Shown here in pieces: positions 37,201 through 52,200 of a stretch of DNA of 64,000 bases (the first letter of the stretch is position 1; the number at the start of each line of letters is the position of its first letter). Origin of the DNA: Auanema rhodensis (lineage: Eukaryota > Animalia > Nematoda); the NCBI GenBank assembly GCA_964057225.1, contig CAXKVF010000075.1, forward strand, positions 496,001 to 560,000, read 5' to 3'. A program made the position numbers and the translations under genes. Under the pieces are notes generated by a model. The model was not told where the DNA came from. It ran no database searches and saw only the letters and a program-made list of their open reading frames with translations.

Positions 37201-40200
37201 AATGTACACGTGATGTGCACTTGGTATGTAACTCGCTTCACGTGAAAGATAAAGAGATGCGGTTTTCAAAATTAGAATCCCCATGTCCATATTAGTCTAA
37301 AAACAAATTTTTATTGATATTGCTTCATGGTAACCATGACTTTGAAATTTACGTGAACTTTAATTTATGCTAATTAAATGTACACGTGATGTGCACTTGG
37401 TATGTAACTCGCTTCACGTGAAAGATAAAGAGATGCGGTTTTCAAAATTAGATTCCCCATGTCCATATTAGTCTAAAAACAAATTTTTATTGATATTGCT
37501 TCATGGTAACCATGACTTTGAAATTTACGTGAACTTTAATTTATGCTAATTAAATGTACACGTGATGTGCACTTGGTATGTAACTCGCTTCACGTGAAAG
37601 ATAAAGAGATGCGGTTTTCAAAATTAGATTCCCCATGTCCATATTAGTCTAAAAACAAATTTTTATTGATATTGGTTCATGGTAACCATGACTTTGAAAT
37701 TTACGTGAACTTTAATTCATGCTAATTAAATGTACACGTGATGTGCACTTGGTATGTAACTCGCTTCACGTGAAAGATAAAGAGATGCGGTTTTCACAAT
37801 TAGATTCCCCATGTCCATATTAGTCTAAAAACAAATTTTTATTGATATTGGTGCATGGTAACCATGACTTTGAAATTTACGTGAACTTTAATTTATGCTA
37901 ATTAAATGTACACGTGATGTGCACTTGGTATGTAACTCGCTTCACGTGAAAGATAAAGAGATGCGGTTTTCAAAATTAGAATCCCCATGTCCATATTAGT
38001 CTAAAAACAAATTTTTATTGATATTGCTTCATGGTAACCATGACTTTGAAATTTACGTGAACTTTAATTTATGCTAATTAAATGTACACGTGATGTGCAC
38101 TTGGTATGTAACTCGCTTCACGTGAAAGATAAAGAGATGCGGTTTTCAAAATTAGATTCCCCATGTCCATATTAGTCTAAAAACAATTTTTTATTGATAT
38201 TGGTTCATGGTAACCATGACTTTGAAAATTACGTGAACTTTAATTTATGCTAATTAAATGTACACGTGATGTGCACTTGGTATGTAACTCGCTTCACGTG
38301 AAAGATAAAGAGATGCGGTTTTCAAAATTAGATTCCCCATGTCCATATTAGTCTAAAAACAAATTTTTATTGATATTGCTTCATGGTAACCATGACTTTG
38401 AAATTTACGTGAACTTTAATTTATGCTAATTAAATGTACACGTGATGTGCACTTGGTATGTAACTCGCTTCACGTGAAAGATAAAGAGATGCGGTTTTCA
38501 AAATTAGATTCCCCATGTCCATATTAGTCTAAAAACAAATTTTAATTGATATTGGTTCATGGTAACCATGACTTTGAAATTTACGTGAACTTTAATTTAT
38601 GCTAATTAAATGTACACGTGATGTGCACTTGGTATGTAACTCGCTTCACGTGAAAGATAAAGAGATGCGGTTTTCAAAATTAGAATCCCCATGTCCATAT
38701 TAGTCTAAAAACAAATTTTTATTGATATTGCTTCATGGTAACCATGACTTTGAAATTTACGTGAACTTTAATTTATGCTAATTAAATGTACACGTGATGT
38801 GCACTTGGTATGTAACTCGCTTCACGTGAAAGATAAAGAGATGCGGTTTTCAAAATTAGATTCCCCATGTCCATATTAGTCTAAAAACAAATTTTTATTG
38901 ATATTGCTTCATGGTAACCATGACTTTGAAATTTACGTGAACTTTAATTTATGCTAATTAAATGTACACGTGATGTGCACTTGGTATGTAACTCGCTTCA
39001 CGTGAAAGATAAAGAGATGCGGTTTTCAAAATTAGATTCCCCATGTCCATATTAGTCTAAAAACAAATTTTTATTGATATTGGTTCATGGTAACCATGAC
39101 TTTGAAATTTACGTGAACTTTAATTCATGCTAATTAAATGTACACGTGATGTGCACTTGGTATGTAACTCGCTTCACGTGAAAGATAAAGAGATGCGGTT
39201 TTCACAATTAGATTCCCCATGTCCATATTAGTCTAAAAACAAATTTTTATTGATATTGGTGCATGGTAACCATGACTTTGAAATTTACGTGAACTTTAAT
39301 TTATGCTAATTAAATGTACACGTGATGTGCACTTGGTATGTAACTCGCTTCACGTGAAAGATAAAGAGATGCGGTTTTCAAAATTAGAATCCCCATGTCC
39401 ATATTAGTCTAAAAACAAATTTTTATTGATATTGGTGCATGGTAACCATGACTTTGAAATTTACGTGAACTTTAATTTATGCTAATTAAATGTACACGTG
39501 ATGTGCACTTGGTATGTAACTCGCTTCACGTGAAAGATAAAGAGATGCGGTTTTCAAAATTAGATTCCCCATGTCCATATTAGTCTAAAAACAATTTTTT
39601 ATTGATATTGGTTCATGGTAACCATGACTTTGAAAATTACGTGAACTTTAATTTATGCTAATTAAATGTACACGTGATGTGCACTTGGTATGTAACTCGC
39701 TTCACGTGAAAGATAAAGAGATGCGGTTTTCAAAATTAGATTCCCCATGTCCATATTAGTCTAAAAACAAATTTTTATTGATATTGCTTCATGGTAACCA
39801 TGACTTTGAAATTTACGTGAACTTTAATTTATGCTAATTAAATGTACACGTGATGTGCACTTGGTATGTAACTCGCTTCACGTGAAAGATAAAGAGATGC
39901 GGTTTTCAAAATTAGATTCCCCATGTCCATATTAGTCTAAAAACAAATTTTAATTGATATTGGTTCATGGTAACCATGACTTTGAAATTTACGTGAACTT
40001 TAATTTATGCTAATTAAATGTACACGTGATGTGCACTTGGTATGTAACTCGCTTCACGTGAAAGATAAAGAGATGCGGTTTTCAAAATTAGATTCCCCAT
40101 GTCCATATTAGTCTAAAAACAAATTTTAATTGATATTGGTTCATGGTAACCATGACTTTGAAATTTACGTGAACTTTAATTTATGCTAATTAAATGTACA

Positions 40201-43200
40201 CGTGATGTGCACTTGGTATGTAACTCGCTTCACGTGAAAGATAAAGAGATGCGGTTTTCAAAATTAGATTCCCCATGTCCATATTAGTCTAAAAACAGAT
40301 TTTTATTGATATTGGTGCATGGTAACCATGACTTTGAAATTTACGTGAACTTTAATTTATGCTAATTAAATGTACACGTGATGTGCACTTGGTATGTAAC
40401 TCGCTTCACGTGAAAGATAAAGAGATGCGGTTTTCAAAATTAGATTCCCCATGTCCATATTAGTCTACAAACAAATTTTTATTGATATTGGTTCATGGTA
40501 ACCATGACTTTGAAATTTACGTGAACTTTAATTTTTGCTAATTAAATGTACACGTGATGTGCACTTGGTATGTAACTCGCTTCACGTGAAAGATAAAGAG
40601 ATGCGGTTTTCAAAATTAGATTCCCCATGTCCATATTAGTCTAAAAACAAATTTTTATTGATATTGGTGCATGGTAACCATGACTTTGAAATTTACGTGA
40701 ACTTTAATTTATGCTAATTAAATGTACACGTGATGTGCACTTGGTATGTAACTCGCTTCACGTGAAAGATAAAGAGATGCGGTTTTCAAAATTAGATTCC
40801 CCATGTCCATATTAGTCTAAAAACAAATTTTTATTGATATTGGTGCATGGTAACCATGACTTTGAAATTTACGTGAACTTTAATTTATGCTAATTAAATG
40901 TACACGTGATGTGCACTTGGTATGTAACTCGCTTCACGTGAAAGATAAAGAGATGCGGTTTTCAAAATTAGATTCCCCATGTCCATATTAGTCTAAAAAC
41001 AAATTTTTATTGATATTGGTGCATGGTAACCATGACTTTGAAATTTACGTGAACTTTAATTTATGCTAATTAAATGTACACGTGATGTGCACTTGGTATG
41101 TAACTCGCTTCACGTGAAAGATAAAGAGATGCGGTTTTCAAAATTAGATTCACCATGTCCATATTAGTCTAAAAACAAATTTTTATTGATATTGGTTCAT
41201 GGTAACCATGACTTTGAAATTTACGTGAACTTTAATTTATGCTAATTAAATGTACACGTGATGTGCACTTGGTATGTAACTCGCTTCACGTGAAAGATAA
41301 AGAGATGCGGTTTTCAAAATTAGATTCCCCATGTCCATATTAGTCTAAAAACAAATTTTTATTGATATTGCTTCATGGTAACCATGACTTTGAAATTTAC
41401 GTGAACTTTAATTTATGCTAATTAAATGTACACGTGATGTGCACTTGGTATGTAACTCGCTTCACGTGAAAGATAAAGAGATGCGGTTTTCAAAATTAGA
41501 TTCCCCATGTCCATATTAGTCTAAAAACAAATTTTTATTGATATTGGTTCATGGTAACCATGACTTTGAAATTTACGTGAACTTTAATTCATGCTAATTA
41601 AATGTACACGTGATGTGCACTTGGTATGTAACTCGCTTCACGTGAAAGATAAAGAGATGCGGTTTTCACAATTAGATTCCCCATGTCCATATTAGTCTAA
41701 AAACAAATTTTTATTGATATTGGTGCATGGTAACCATGACTTTGAAATTTACGTGAACTTTAATTTATGCTAATTAAATGTACACGTGATGTGCACTTGG
41801 TATGTAACTCGCTTCACGTGAAAGATAAAGAGATGCGGTTTTCAAAATTAGAATCCCCATGTCCATATTAGTCTAAAAACAAATTTTTATTGATATTGGT
41901 GCATGGTAACCATGACTTTGAAATTTACGTGAACTTTAATTTATGCTAATTAAATGTACACGTGATGTGCACTTGGTATGTAACTCGCTTCACGTGAAAG
42001 ATAAAGAGATGCGGTTTTCAAAATTAGATTCCCCATGTCCATATTAGTCTAAAAACAATTTTTTATTGATATTGGTTCATGGTAACCATGACTTTGAAAA
42101 TTACGTGAACTTTAATTTATGCTAATTAAATGTACACGTGATGTGCACTTGGTATGTAACTCGCTTCACGTGAAAGATAAAGAGATGCGGTTTTCAAAAT
42201 TAGATTCCCCATGTCCATATTAGTCTAAAAACAAATTTTTATTGATATTGCTTCATGGTAACCATGACTTTGAAATTTACGTGAACTTTAATTTATGCTA
42301 ATTAAATGTACACGTGATGTGCACTTGGTATGTAACTCGCTTCACGTGAAAGATAAAGAGATGCGGTTTTCAAAATTAGATTCCCCATGTCCATATTAGT
42401 CTAAAAACAAATTTTTATTGATATTGGTTCATGGTAACCATGACTTTGAAATTTACGTGAACTTTAATTCATGCTAATTAAATGTACACGTGATGTGCAC
42501 TTGGTATGTAACTCGCTTCACGTGAAAGATAAAGAGATGCGGTTTTCACAATTAGATTCCCCATGTCCATATTAGTCTAAAAACAAATTTTTATTGATAT
42601 TGGTGCATGGTAACCATGACTTTGAAATTTACGTGAACTTTAATTTATGCTAATTAAATGTACACGTGATGTGCACTTGGTATGTAACTCGCTTCACGTG
42701 AAAGATAAAGAGATGCGGTTTTCAAAATTAGAATCCCCATGTCCATATTAGTCTAAAAACAAATTTTTATTGATATTGGTGCATGGTAACCATGACTTTG
42801 AAATTTACGTGAACTTTAATTTATGCTAATTAAATGTACACGTGATGTGCACTTGGTATGTAACTCGCTTCACGTGAAAGATAAAGAGATGCGGTTTTCA
42901 AAATTAGATTCCCCATGTCCATATTAGTCTAAAAACAATTTTTTATTGATATTGGTTCATGGTAACCATGACTTTGAAAATTACGTGAACTTTAATTTAT
43001 GCTAATTAAATGTACACGTGATGTGCTCTTGGTATGTAACTCGCTTCACGTGAAAGATAAAGAGATGCGGTTTTCAAAATTAGATTCCCCATGTCCATAT
43101 TAGTCTAAAAACAAATTTTTATTGATATTGCTTCATGGTAACCATGACTTTGAAATTTACGTGAACTTTAATTTATGCTAATTAAATGTACACGTGATGT

Positions 43201-46200
43201 GCACTTGGTATGTAACTCGCTTCACGTGAAAGATAAAGAGATGCGGTTTTCAAAATTAGATTCCCCATGTCCATATTAGTCTAAAAACAAATTTTAATTG
43301 ATATTGGTTCATGGTAACCATGACTTTGAAATTTACGTGAACTTTAATTTATGCTAATTAAATGTACACGTGATGTGCACTTGGTATGTAACTCGCTTCA
43401 CGTGAAAGATAAAGAGATGCGTTTTTCAAAATTAGATTCCCCATGTCCATATTAGTCTAAAAACAAATTTTAATTGATATTGGTTCATGGTAACCATGAC
43501 TTTGAAATTTACGTGAACTTTAATTTATGCTAATTAAATGTACACGTGATGTGCACTTGGTATGTAACTCGCTTCACGTGAAAGATAAAGAGATGCGGTT
43601 TTCAAAATTAGATTCCCCATGTCCATATTAGTCTAAAAACAGATTTTTATTGATATTGGTGCATGGTAACCATGACTTTGAAATTTACGTGAACTTTAAT
43701 TTATGCTAATTAAATGTACACGTGATGTGCACTTGGTATGTAACTCGCTTCACGTGAAAGATAAAGAGATGCGGTTTTCAAAATTAGATTCCCCATGTCC
43801 ATATTAGTCTACAAACAAATTTTTATTGATATTGGTTCATGGTAACCATGACTTTGAAATTTACGTGAACTTTAATTTTTGCTAATTAAATGTACACGTG
43901 ATGTGCACTTGGTATGTAACTCGCTTCACGTGAAAGATAAAGAGATGCGGTTTTCAAAATTAGATTCCCCATGTCCATATTAGTCTAAAAACAAATTTTT
44001 ATTGATATTGGTGCATGGTAACCATGACTTTGAAATTTACGTGAACTTTAATTTATGCTAATTAAATGTACACGTGATGTGCACTTGGTATGTAACTCGC
44101 TTCACGTGAAAGATAAAGAGATGCGGTTTTCAAAATTAGATTCCCCATGTCCATATTAGTCTAAAAACAAATTTTTATTGATATTGGTGCATGGTAACCA
44201 TGACTTTGAAATTTACGTGAACTTTAATTTATGCTAATTAAATGTACACGTGATGTGCACTTGGTATGTAACTCGCTTCACGTGAAAGATAAAGAGATGC
44301 GGTTTTCAAAATTAGATTCACCATGTCCATATTAGTCTAAAAACAAATTTTTATTGATATTGGTTCATGGTAACCATGACTTTGAAATTTACGTGAACTT
44401 TAATTTATGCTAATTAAATGTACACGTGATGTGCACTTGGTATGTAACTCGCTTCACGTGAAAGATAAAGAGATGCGGTTTTCAAAATTAGATTCCCCAT
44501 GTCCATATTAGTCTAAAAACAAATTTTTATTGATATTGCTTCATGGTAACCATGACTTTGAAATTTACGTGAACTTTAATTTATGCTAATTAAATGTACA
44601 CGTGATGTGCACTTGGTATGTAACTCGCTTCACGTGAAAGATAAAGAGATGCGAATTTCAAAATTAGATTCCCCATGTCCATATTAGTCTAAAAACAGAT
44701 TTTTATTGATATTGGTGCATGGTAACCATGACTTTGAAATTTACGTGAACTTTAATTTATGCTAATTAAATGTACACGTGATGTGCACTTGGTATGTAAC
44801 TCGCTTCACGTGAAAGATAAAGAGATGCGGTTTTCAAAATTAGATTCCCCATGTCCATATTAGTCTACAAACAAATTTTTATTGATATTGGTTCATGGTA
44901 ACCATGACTTTGAAATTTACGTGAACTTTAATTTTTGCTAATTAAATGTACACGTGATGTGCACTTGGTATGTAACTCGCTTCACGTGAAAGATAAAGAG
45001 ATGCGGTTTTCAAAATTAGATTCCCCATGTCCATATTAGTCTAAAAACAAATTTTTATTGATATTGGTGCATGGTAACCATGACTTTGAAATTTACGTGA
45101 ACTTTAATTTATGCTAATTAAATGTACACGTGATGTGCACTTGGTATGTAACTCGCTTCACGTGAAAGATAAAGAGATGCGGTTTTCAAAATTAGATTCC
45201 CCATGTCCATATTAGTCTAAAAACAAATTTTTATTGATATTGGTGCATGGTAACCATGACTTTGAAATTTACGTGAACTTTAATTTATGCTAATTAAATG
45301 TACACGTGATGTGCACTTGGTATGTAACTCGCTTCACGTGAAAGATAAAGAGATGCGGTTTTCAAAATTAGATTCACCATGTCCATATTAGTCTAAAAAC
45401 AAATTTTTATTGATATTGGTTCATGGTAACCATGACTTTGAAATTTACGTGAACTTTAATTTATGCTAATTAAATGTACACGTGATGTGCACTTGGTATG
45501 TAACTCGCTTCACGTGAAAGATAAAGAGATGCGGTTTTCAAAATTAGATTCCCCATGTCCATATTAGTCTAAAAACAAATTTTTATTGATATTGGTGCAT
45601 GGTAACCATGACTTTGAAATTTACGTGAACTTTAATTTATGCTAATTAAATGTACACGTGATGTGCACTTGGTATGTAACTCGCTTCACGTGAAAGATAA
45701 AGAGATGCGGTTTTCAAAATTAGATTCCCCATGTCCATATTAGTCTAAAAACAAATTTTTATTGATATTGGTGCATGGTAACCATGACTTTGAAATTTAC
45801 GTGAACTTTAATTTATGCTAATTAAATGTACACGTGATGTGCACTTGGTATGTAACTCGCTTCACGTGAAAGATAAAGAGATGCGGTTTTCAAAATTAGA
45901 TTCCCCATGTCCATATTAGTCTAAAAACAAATTTTTATTGATATTGGTGCATGGTAACCATGACTTTGAAATTTACGTGAACTTTAATTTATGCTAATTA
46001 AATGTACACGTGATGTGCACTTGGTATGTAACTCGCTTCACGTGAAAGATAAAGAGATGCGGTTTTCAAAATTAGATTCACCATGTCCATATTAGTCTAA
46101 AAACAAATTTTTATTGATATTGGTTCATGGTAACCATGACTTTGAAATTTACGTGAACTTTAATTTATGCTAATTAAATGTACACGTGATGTGCACTTGG

Positions 46201-49200
46201 TATGTAACTCGCTTCACGTGAAAGATAAAGAGATGCGGTTTTCAAAATTAGATTCCCCATGTCCATATTAGTCTAAAAACAAATTTTTATTGATATTGCT
46301 TCATGGTAACCATGACTTTGAAATTTACGTGAACTTTAATTTATGCTAATTAAATGTACACGTGATGTGCACTTGGTATGTAACTCGCTTCACGTGAAAG
46401 ATAAAGAGATGCGAATTTCAAAATTAGATTCCCCATGTCCATATTAGTCTAAAAACAAATTTTTATTGATATTGCTTCATGGTAACCATGACTTTGAAAT
46501 TTACGTGAACTTTAATTTATGCTAATTAAATGTACACGTGATGTGCACTTGGTATGTAACTCGCTTCACGTGAAAGATAAAGAGATGCGGTTTTCAAAAT
46601 TAGATTCCCCATGTCCATATTAGTCTAAAAACAAATTTTTATTGATATTGGTGCATGGTAACCATGACTTTGAAATTTACGTGAACTTTAATTTATGCTA
46701 ATTAAATGTACACGTGATGTGCACTTGGTATGTAACTCGCTTCACGTGAAAGATAAAGAGATGCGGTTTTCAAAATTAGATTCCCCATGTCCATATTAGT
46801 CTAAAAACAAATTTTTATTGATATTGGTGCATGGTAACCATGACTTTGAAATTTACGTGAACTTTAATTTATGCTAATTAAATGTACACGTGATGTGCAC
46901 TTGGTATGTAACTCGCTTCACGTGAAAGATAAAGAGATGCGGTTTTCAAAATTAGATTCCCCATGTCCATATTAGTCTAAAAACAAATTTTTATTGATAT
47001 TGGTGCATGGTAACCATGACTTTGAAATTTACGTGAACTTTAATTTATGCTAATTAAATGTACACGTGATGTGCACTTGGTATGTAACTCGCTTCACGTG
47101 AAAGATAAAGAGATGCAGTTTTCAAAATTAGATTCCCCATGTCCATATTAGTCTAAAAACAAATTTTTATTGATATTGGTGCATGGTAACCATGACTTTG
47201 AAATTTACGTGAACTTTAATTTATGCTAATTAAATGTACACGTGATGTGCACTTGGTATGTAACTCGCTTCACGTGAAAGATAAAGAGATGCGGTTTTCA
47301 AAATTAGATTCCCCATGTCCATATTAGTCTAAAAACAAATTTTTATTGATATTGGTGCATGGTAACCATGACTTTGAAATTTACGTGAACTTTAATTTAT
47401 GCTAATTAAATGTACACGTGATGTGCACTTGGTATGTAACTCGCTTCACGTGAAAGATAAAGAGATGCGGTTTTCAAAATTAGATTCCCCATGTCCATAT
47501 TAGTCTAAAAACAAATTTTTATTGATATTGGTTCATGGTAACCATGACTTTGAAATTTACGTGAACTTTAATTCATGCTAATTAAATGTACACGTGATGT
47601 GCACTTGGTATGTAACTCGCTTCACGTGAAAGATAAAGAGATGCGGTTTTCACAATTAGATTCCCCATGTCTATATTAGTCTAAAAACAAATTTTTATTG
47701 ATATTGGTGCATGGTAACCATGACTTTGAAATTTACGTGAACTTTAATTTATGCTAATTAAATGTACACGTGATGTGCACTTGGTATGTAACTCGCTTCA
47801 CGTGAAAGATAAAGAGATGCGGTTTTCAAAATTAGATTCCCCATGTCCATATTAGTCTAAAAACAAATTTTTATTGATATTGGTGCATGGTAACCATGAC
47901 TTTGAAATTTACGTGAACTTTAATTTATGCTAATTAAATGTACACGTGATGTGCACTTGGTATGTAACTCGCTTCACGTGAAAGATGAAGAGATGCGGTT
48001 TTCAAAATTAGATTCCCCATGTCCATATTAGTCTAAAAACAAATTTTTATTGATATTGGTTCATGGTAACCATGACTTTGAAATTTACGTGAACTTTAAT
48101 TTATGCTAATTAAATGTACACGTGATGTGCACTTGGTATGTAACTCGCTTCACGTGAAAGATAAAGAGATGCGGTTTTCAAAATTAGATTCCCCATGTCC
48201 ATATTAGTCTAAAAACAATTTTCTATTGATATTGGTTCATGGTAACCATGACTTTGAAATTTACGTGAACTTTAATTTATGCTAATTAAATGTACACGTG
48301 ATGTGCACTTGGTATGTAACTCGCTTCACGTGAAAGATAAAGAGATGCGGTTTTCAAAATTAGATTCCCCATGTCCATATTAGTCTAAAAACAATTTTTT
48401 ATTGATATTGGTTCATGGTAACCATGACTTTGAAATTTACGTGAACTTTAATTTATGCTAATTAAATGTACACGTGATGTGCACTTGGTATGTAACTCGC
48501 TTCACGTGAAAGATAAAGAGATGCGGTTTTCAAAATTAGGTTCCCCATGTCCATATTAGTCTAAAAACAAATTTTTATTGATATTGCTTCATGGTAACCA
48601 TGACTTTGAAATTTACGTGAACTTTAATTTATGCTAATTAAATGTACACGTGATGTGCACTTGGTATGTAACTCGCTTCACGTGAAAGATAAAGAGATGC
48701 GGTTTTCAAAATTAGATTCCCCATGTCCATATTAGTCTAAAAACAAATTTTTATTGATATTGCTTCATGGTAACCATGACTTTGAAATTTACGTGAACTT
48801 TAATTTATGCTAATTAAATGTACACGTGATGTGCACTTGGTATGTAACTCGCTTCACGTGAAAGATAAAGAGATGCGGTTTTCAAAATTAGATTCCCCAT
48901 GTCCATATTAGTCTAAAAACAAATTTTTATTGATATTGGTTCATGGTAACCATGACTTTGAAATTTACGTGAACTTTAATTTATGCTAATTAAATGTACA
49001 CGTGATGTGCACTTGGTATGTAACTCGCTTCACGTGAAAGATAAAGAGATGCGGTTTTCAAAATTAGATTCCCCATGTCCATATTAGTCTAAAAACAAAT
49101 TTTTATTGATATTGGTTCATGGTAACCATGACTTTGAAATTTACGTGAACTTTAATTCATGCTAATTAAATGTACACGTGATGTGCACTTGGTATGTAAC

Positions 49201-52200
49201 TCGCTTCACGTGAAAGATAAAGAGATGCGGTTTTCACAATTAGATTCCCCATGTCCATATTAGTCTAAAAACAAATTTTTATTGATATTGGTGCATGGTA
49301 ACCATGACTTTGAAATTTACGTGAACTTTAATTTATGCTAATTAAATGTACACGTGATGTGCACTTGGTATGTAACTCGCTTCACGTGAAAGATAAAGAG
49401 ATGCGGTTTTCAAAATTAGAATCCCCATGTCCATATTAGTCTAAAAACAAATTTTTATTGATATTGCTTCATGGTAACCATGACTTTGAAATTTACGTGA
49501 ACTTTAATTTATGCTAATTAAATGTACACGTGATGTGCACTTGGTATGTAACTCGCTTCACGTGAAAGATAAAGAGATGCGGTTTTCAAAATTAGATTCC
49601 CCATGTCCATATTAGTCTAAAAACAATTTTTTATTGATATTGGTTCATGGTAACCATGACTTTGAAAATTACGTGAACTTTAATTTATGCTAATTAAATG
49701 TACACGTGATGTGCACTTGGTATGTAACTCGCTTCACGTGAAAGATAAAGAGATGCGGTTTTCAAAATTAGATTCCCCATGTCCATATTAGTCTAAAAAC
49801 AAATTTTTATTGATATTGCTTCATGGTAACCATGACTTTGAAATTTACGTGAACTTTAATTTATGCTAATTAAATGTACACGTGATGTGCACTTGGTATG
49901 TAACTCGCTTCACGTGAAAGATAAAGAGATGCGGTTTTCAAAATTAGATTCCCCATGTCCATATTAGTCTAAAAACAAATTTTTATTGATATTGCTTCAT
50001 GGTAACCATGACTTTGAAATTTACGTGAACTTTAATTTATGCTAATTAAATGTACACGTGATGTGCACTTGGTATGTAACTCGCTTCACGTGAAAGATAA
50101 AGAGATGCGGTTTTCAAAATTAGATTCCCCATGTCCATATTAGTCTAAAAACAAATTTTTATTGATATTGGTTCATGGTAACCATGACTTTGAAATTTAC
50201 GTGAACTTTAATTCATGCTAATTAAATGTACACGTGATGTGCACTTGGTATGTAACTCGCTTCACGTGAAAGATAAAGAGATGCGGTTTTCACAATTAGA
50301 TTCCCCATGTCCATATTAGTCTAAAAACAAATTTTTATTGATATTGGTGCATGGTAACCATGACTTTGAAATTTACGTGAACTTTAATTTATGCTAATTA
50401 AATGTACACGTGATGTGCACTTGGTATGTAACTCGCTTCACGTGAAAGATAAAGAGATGCGGTTTTCAAAATTAGATTCCCCATGTCCATATTAGTCTAA
50501 AAACAAATTTTTATTGATATTGGTGCATGGTAACCATGACTTTGAAATTTACGTGAACTTTAATTTATGCTAATTAAATGTACACGTGATGTGCACTTGG
50601 TATGTAACTCGCTTCACGTGAAAGATAAAGAGATGCGGTTTTCAAAATTAGATTCACCATGTCCATATTAGTCTAAAAACAAATTTTTATTGATATTGGT
50701 TCATGGTAACCATGACTTTGAAATTTACGTGAACTTTAATTTATGCTAATTAAATGTACACGTGATGTGCACTTGGTATGTAACTCGCTTCACGTGAAAG
50801 ATAAAGAGATGCGGTTTTCAAAATTAGATTCCCCATGTCCATATTAGTCTAAAAACAAATTTTTATTGATATTGCTTCATGGTAACCATGACTTTGAAAT
50901 TTACGTGAACTTTAATTTATGCTAATTAAATGTACACGTGATGTGCACTTGGTATGTAACTCGCTTCACGTGAAAGATAAAGAGATGCGGTTTTCAAAAT
51001 TAGATTCCCCATGTCCATATTAGTCTAAAAACAAATTTTTATTGATATTGGTTCATGGTAACCATGACTTTGAAATTTACGTGAACTTTAATTCATGCTA
51101 ATTAAATGTACACGTGATGTGCACTTGGTATGTAACTCGCTTCACGTGAAAGATAAAGAGATGCGGTTTTCACAATTAGATTCCCCATGTCCATATTAGT
51201 CTAAAAACAAATTTTTATTGATATTGGTGCATGGTAACCATGACTTTGAAATTTACGTGAACTTTAATTTATGCTAATTAAATGTACACGTGATGTGCAC
51301 TTGGTATGTAACTCGCTTCACGTGAAAGATAAAGAGATGCGGTTTTCAAAATTAGAATCCCCATGTCCATATTAGTCTAAAAACAAATTTTTATTGATAT
51401 TGGTGCATGGTAACCATGACTTTGAAATTTACGTGAACTTTAATTTATGCTAATTAAATGTACACGTGATGTGCACTTGGTATGTAACTCGCTTCACGTG
51501 AAAGATAAAGAGATGCGGTTTTCAAAATTAGATTCCCCATGTCCATATTAGTCTAAAAACAATTTTTTATTGATATTGGTTCATGGTAACCATGACTTTG
51601 AAAATTACGTGAACTTTAATTTATGCTAATTAAATGTACACGTGATGTGCACTTGGTATGTAACTCGCTTCACGTGAAAGATAAAGAGATGCGGTTTTCA
51701 AAATTAGATTCCCCATGTCCATATTAGTCTAAAAACAAATTTTTATTGATATTGCTTCATGGTAACCATGACTTTGAAATTTACGTGAACTTTAATTTAT
51801 GCTAATTAAATGTACACGTGATGTGCACTTGGTATGTAACTCGCTTCACGTGAAAGATAAAGAGATGCGGTTTTCAAAATTAGATTCACCATGTCCATAT
51901 TAGTCTAAAAACAAATTTTTATTGATATTGGTTCATGGTAACCATGACTTTGAAATTTACGTGAACTTTAATTTATGCTAATTAAATGTACACGTGATGT
52001 GCACTTGGTATGTAACTCGCTTCACGTGAAAGATAAAGAGATGCGGTTTTCAAAATTAGATTCCCCATGTCCATATTAGTCTAAAAACAAATTTTTATTG
52101 ATATTGCTTCATGGTAACCATGACTTTGAAATTTACGTGAACTTTAATTTATGCTAATTAAATGTACACGTGATGTGCACTTGGTATGTAACTCGCTTCA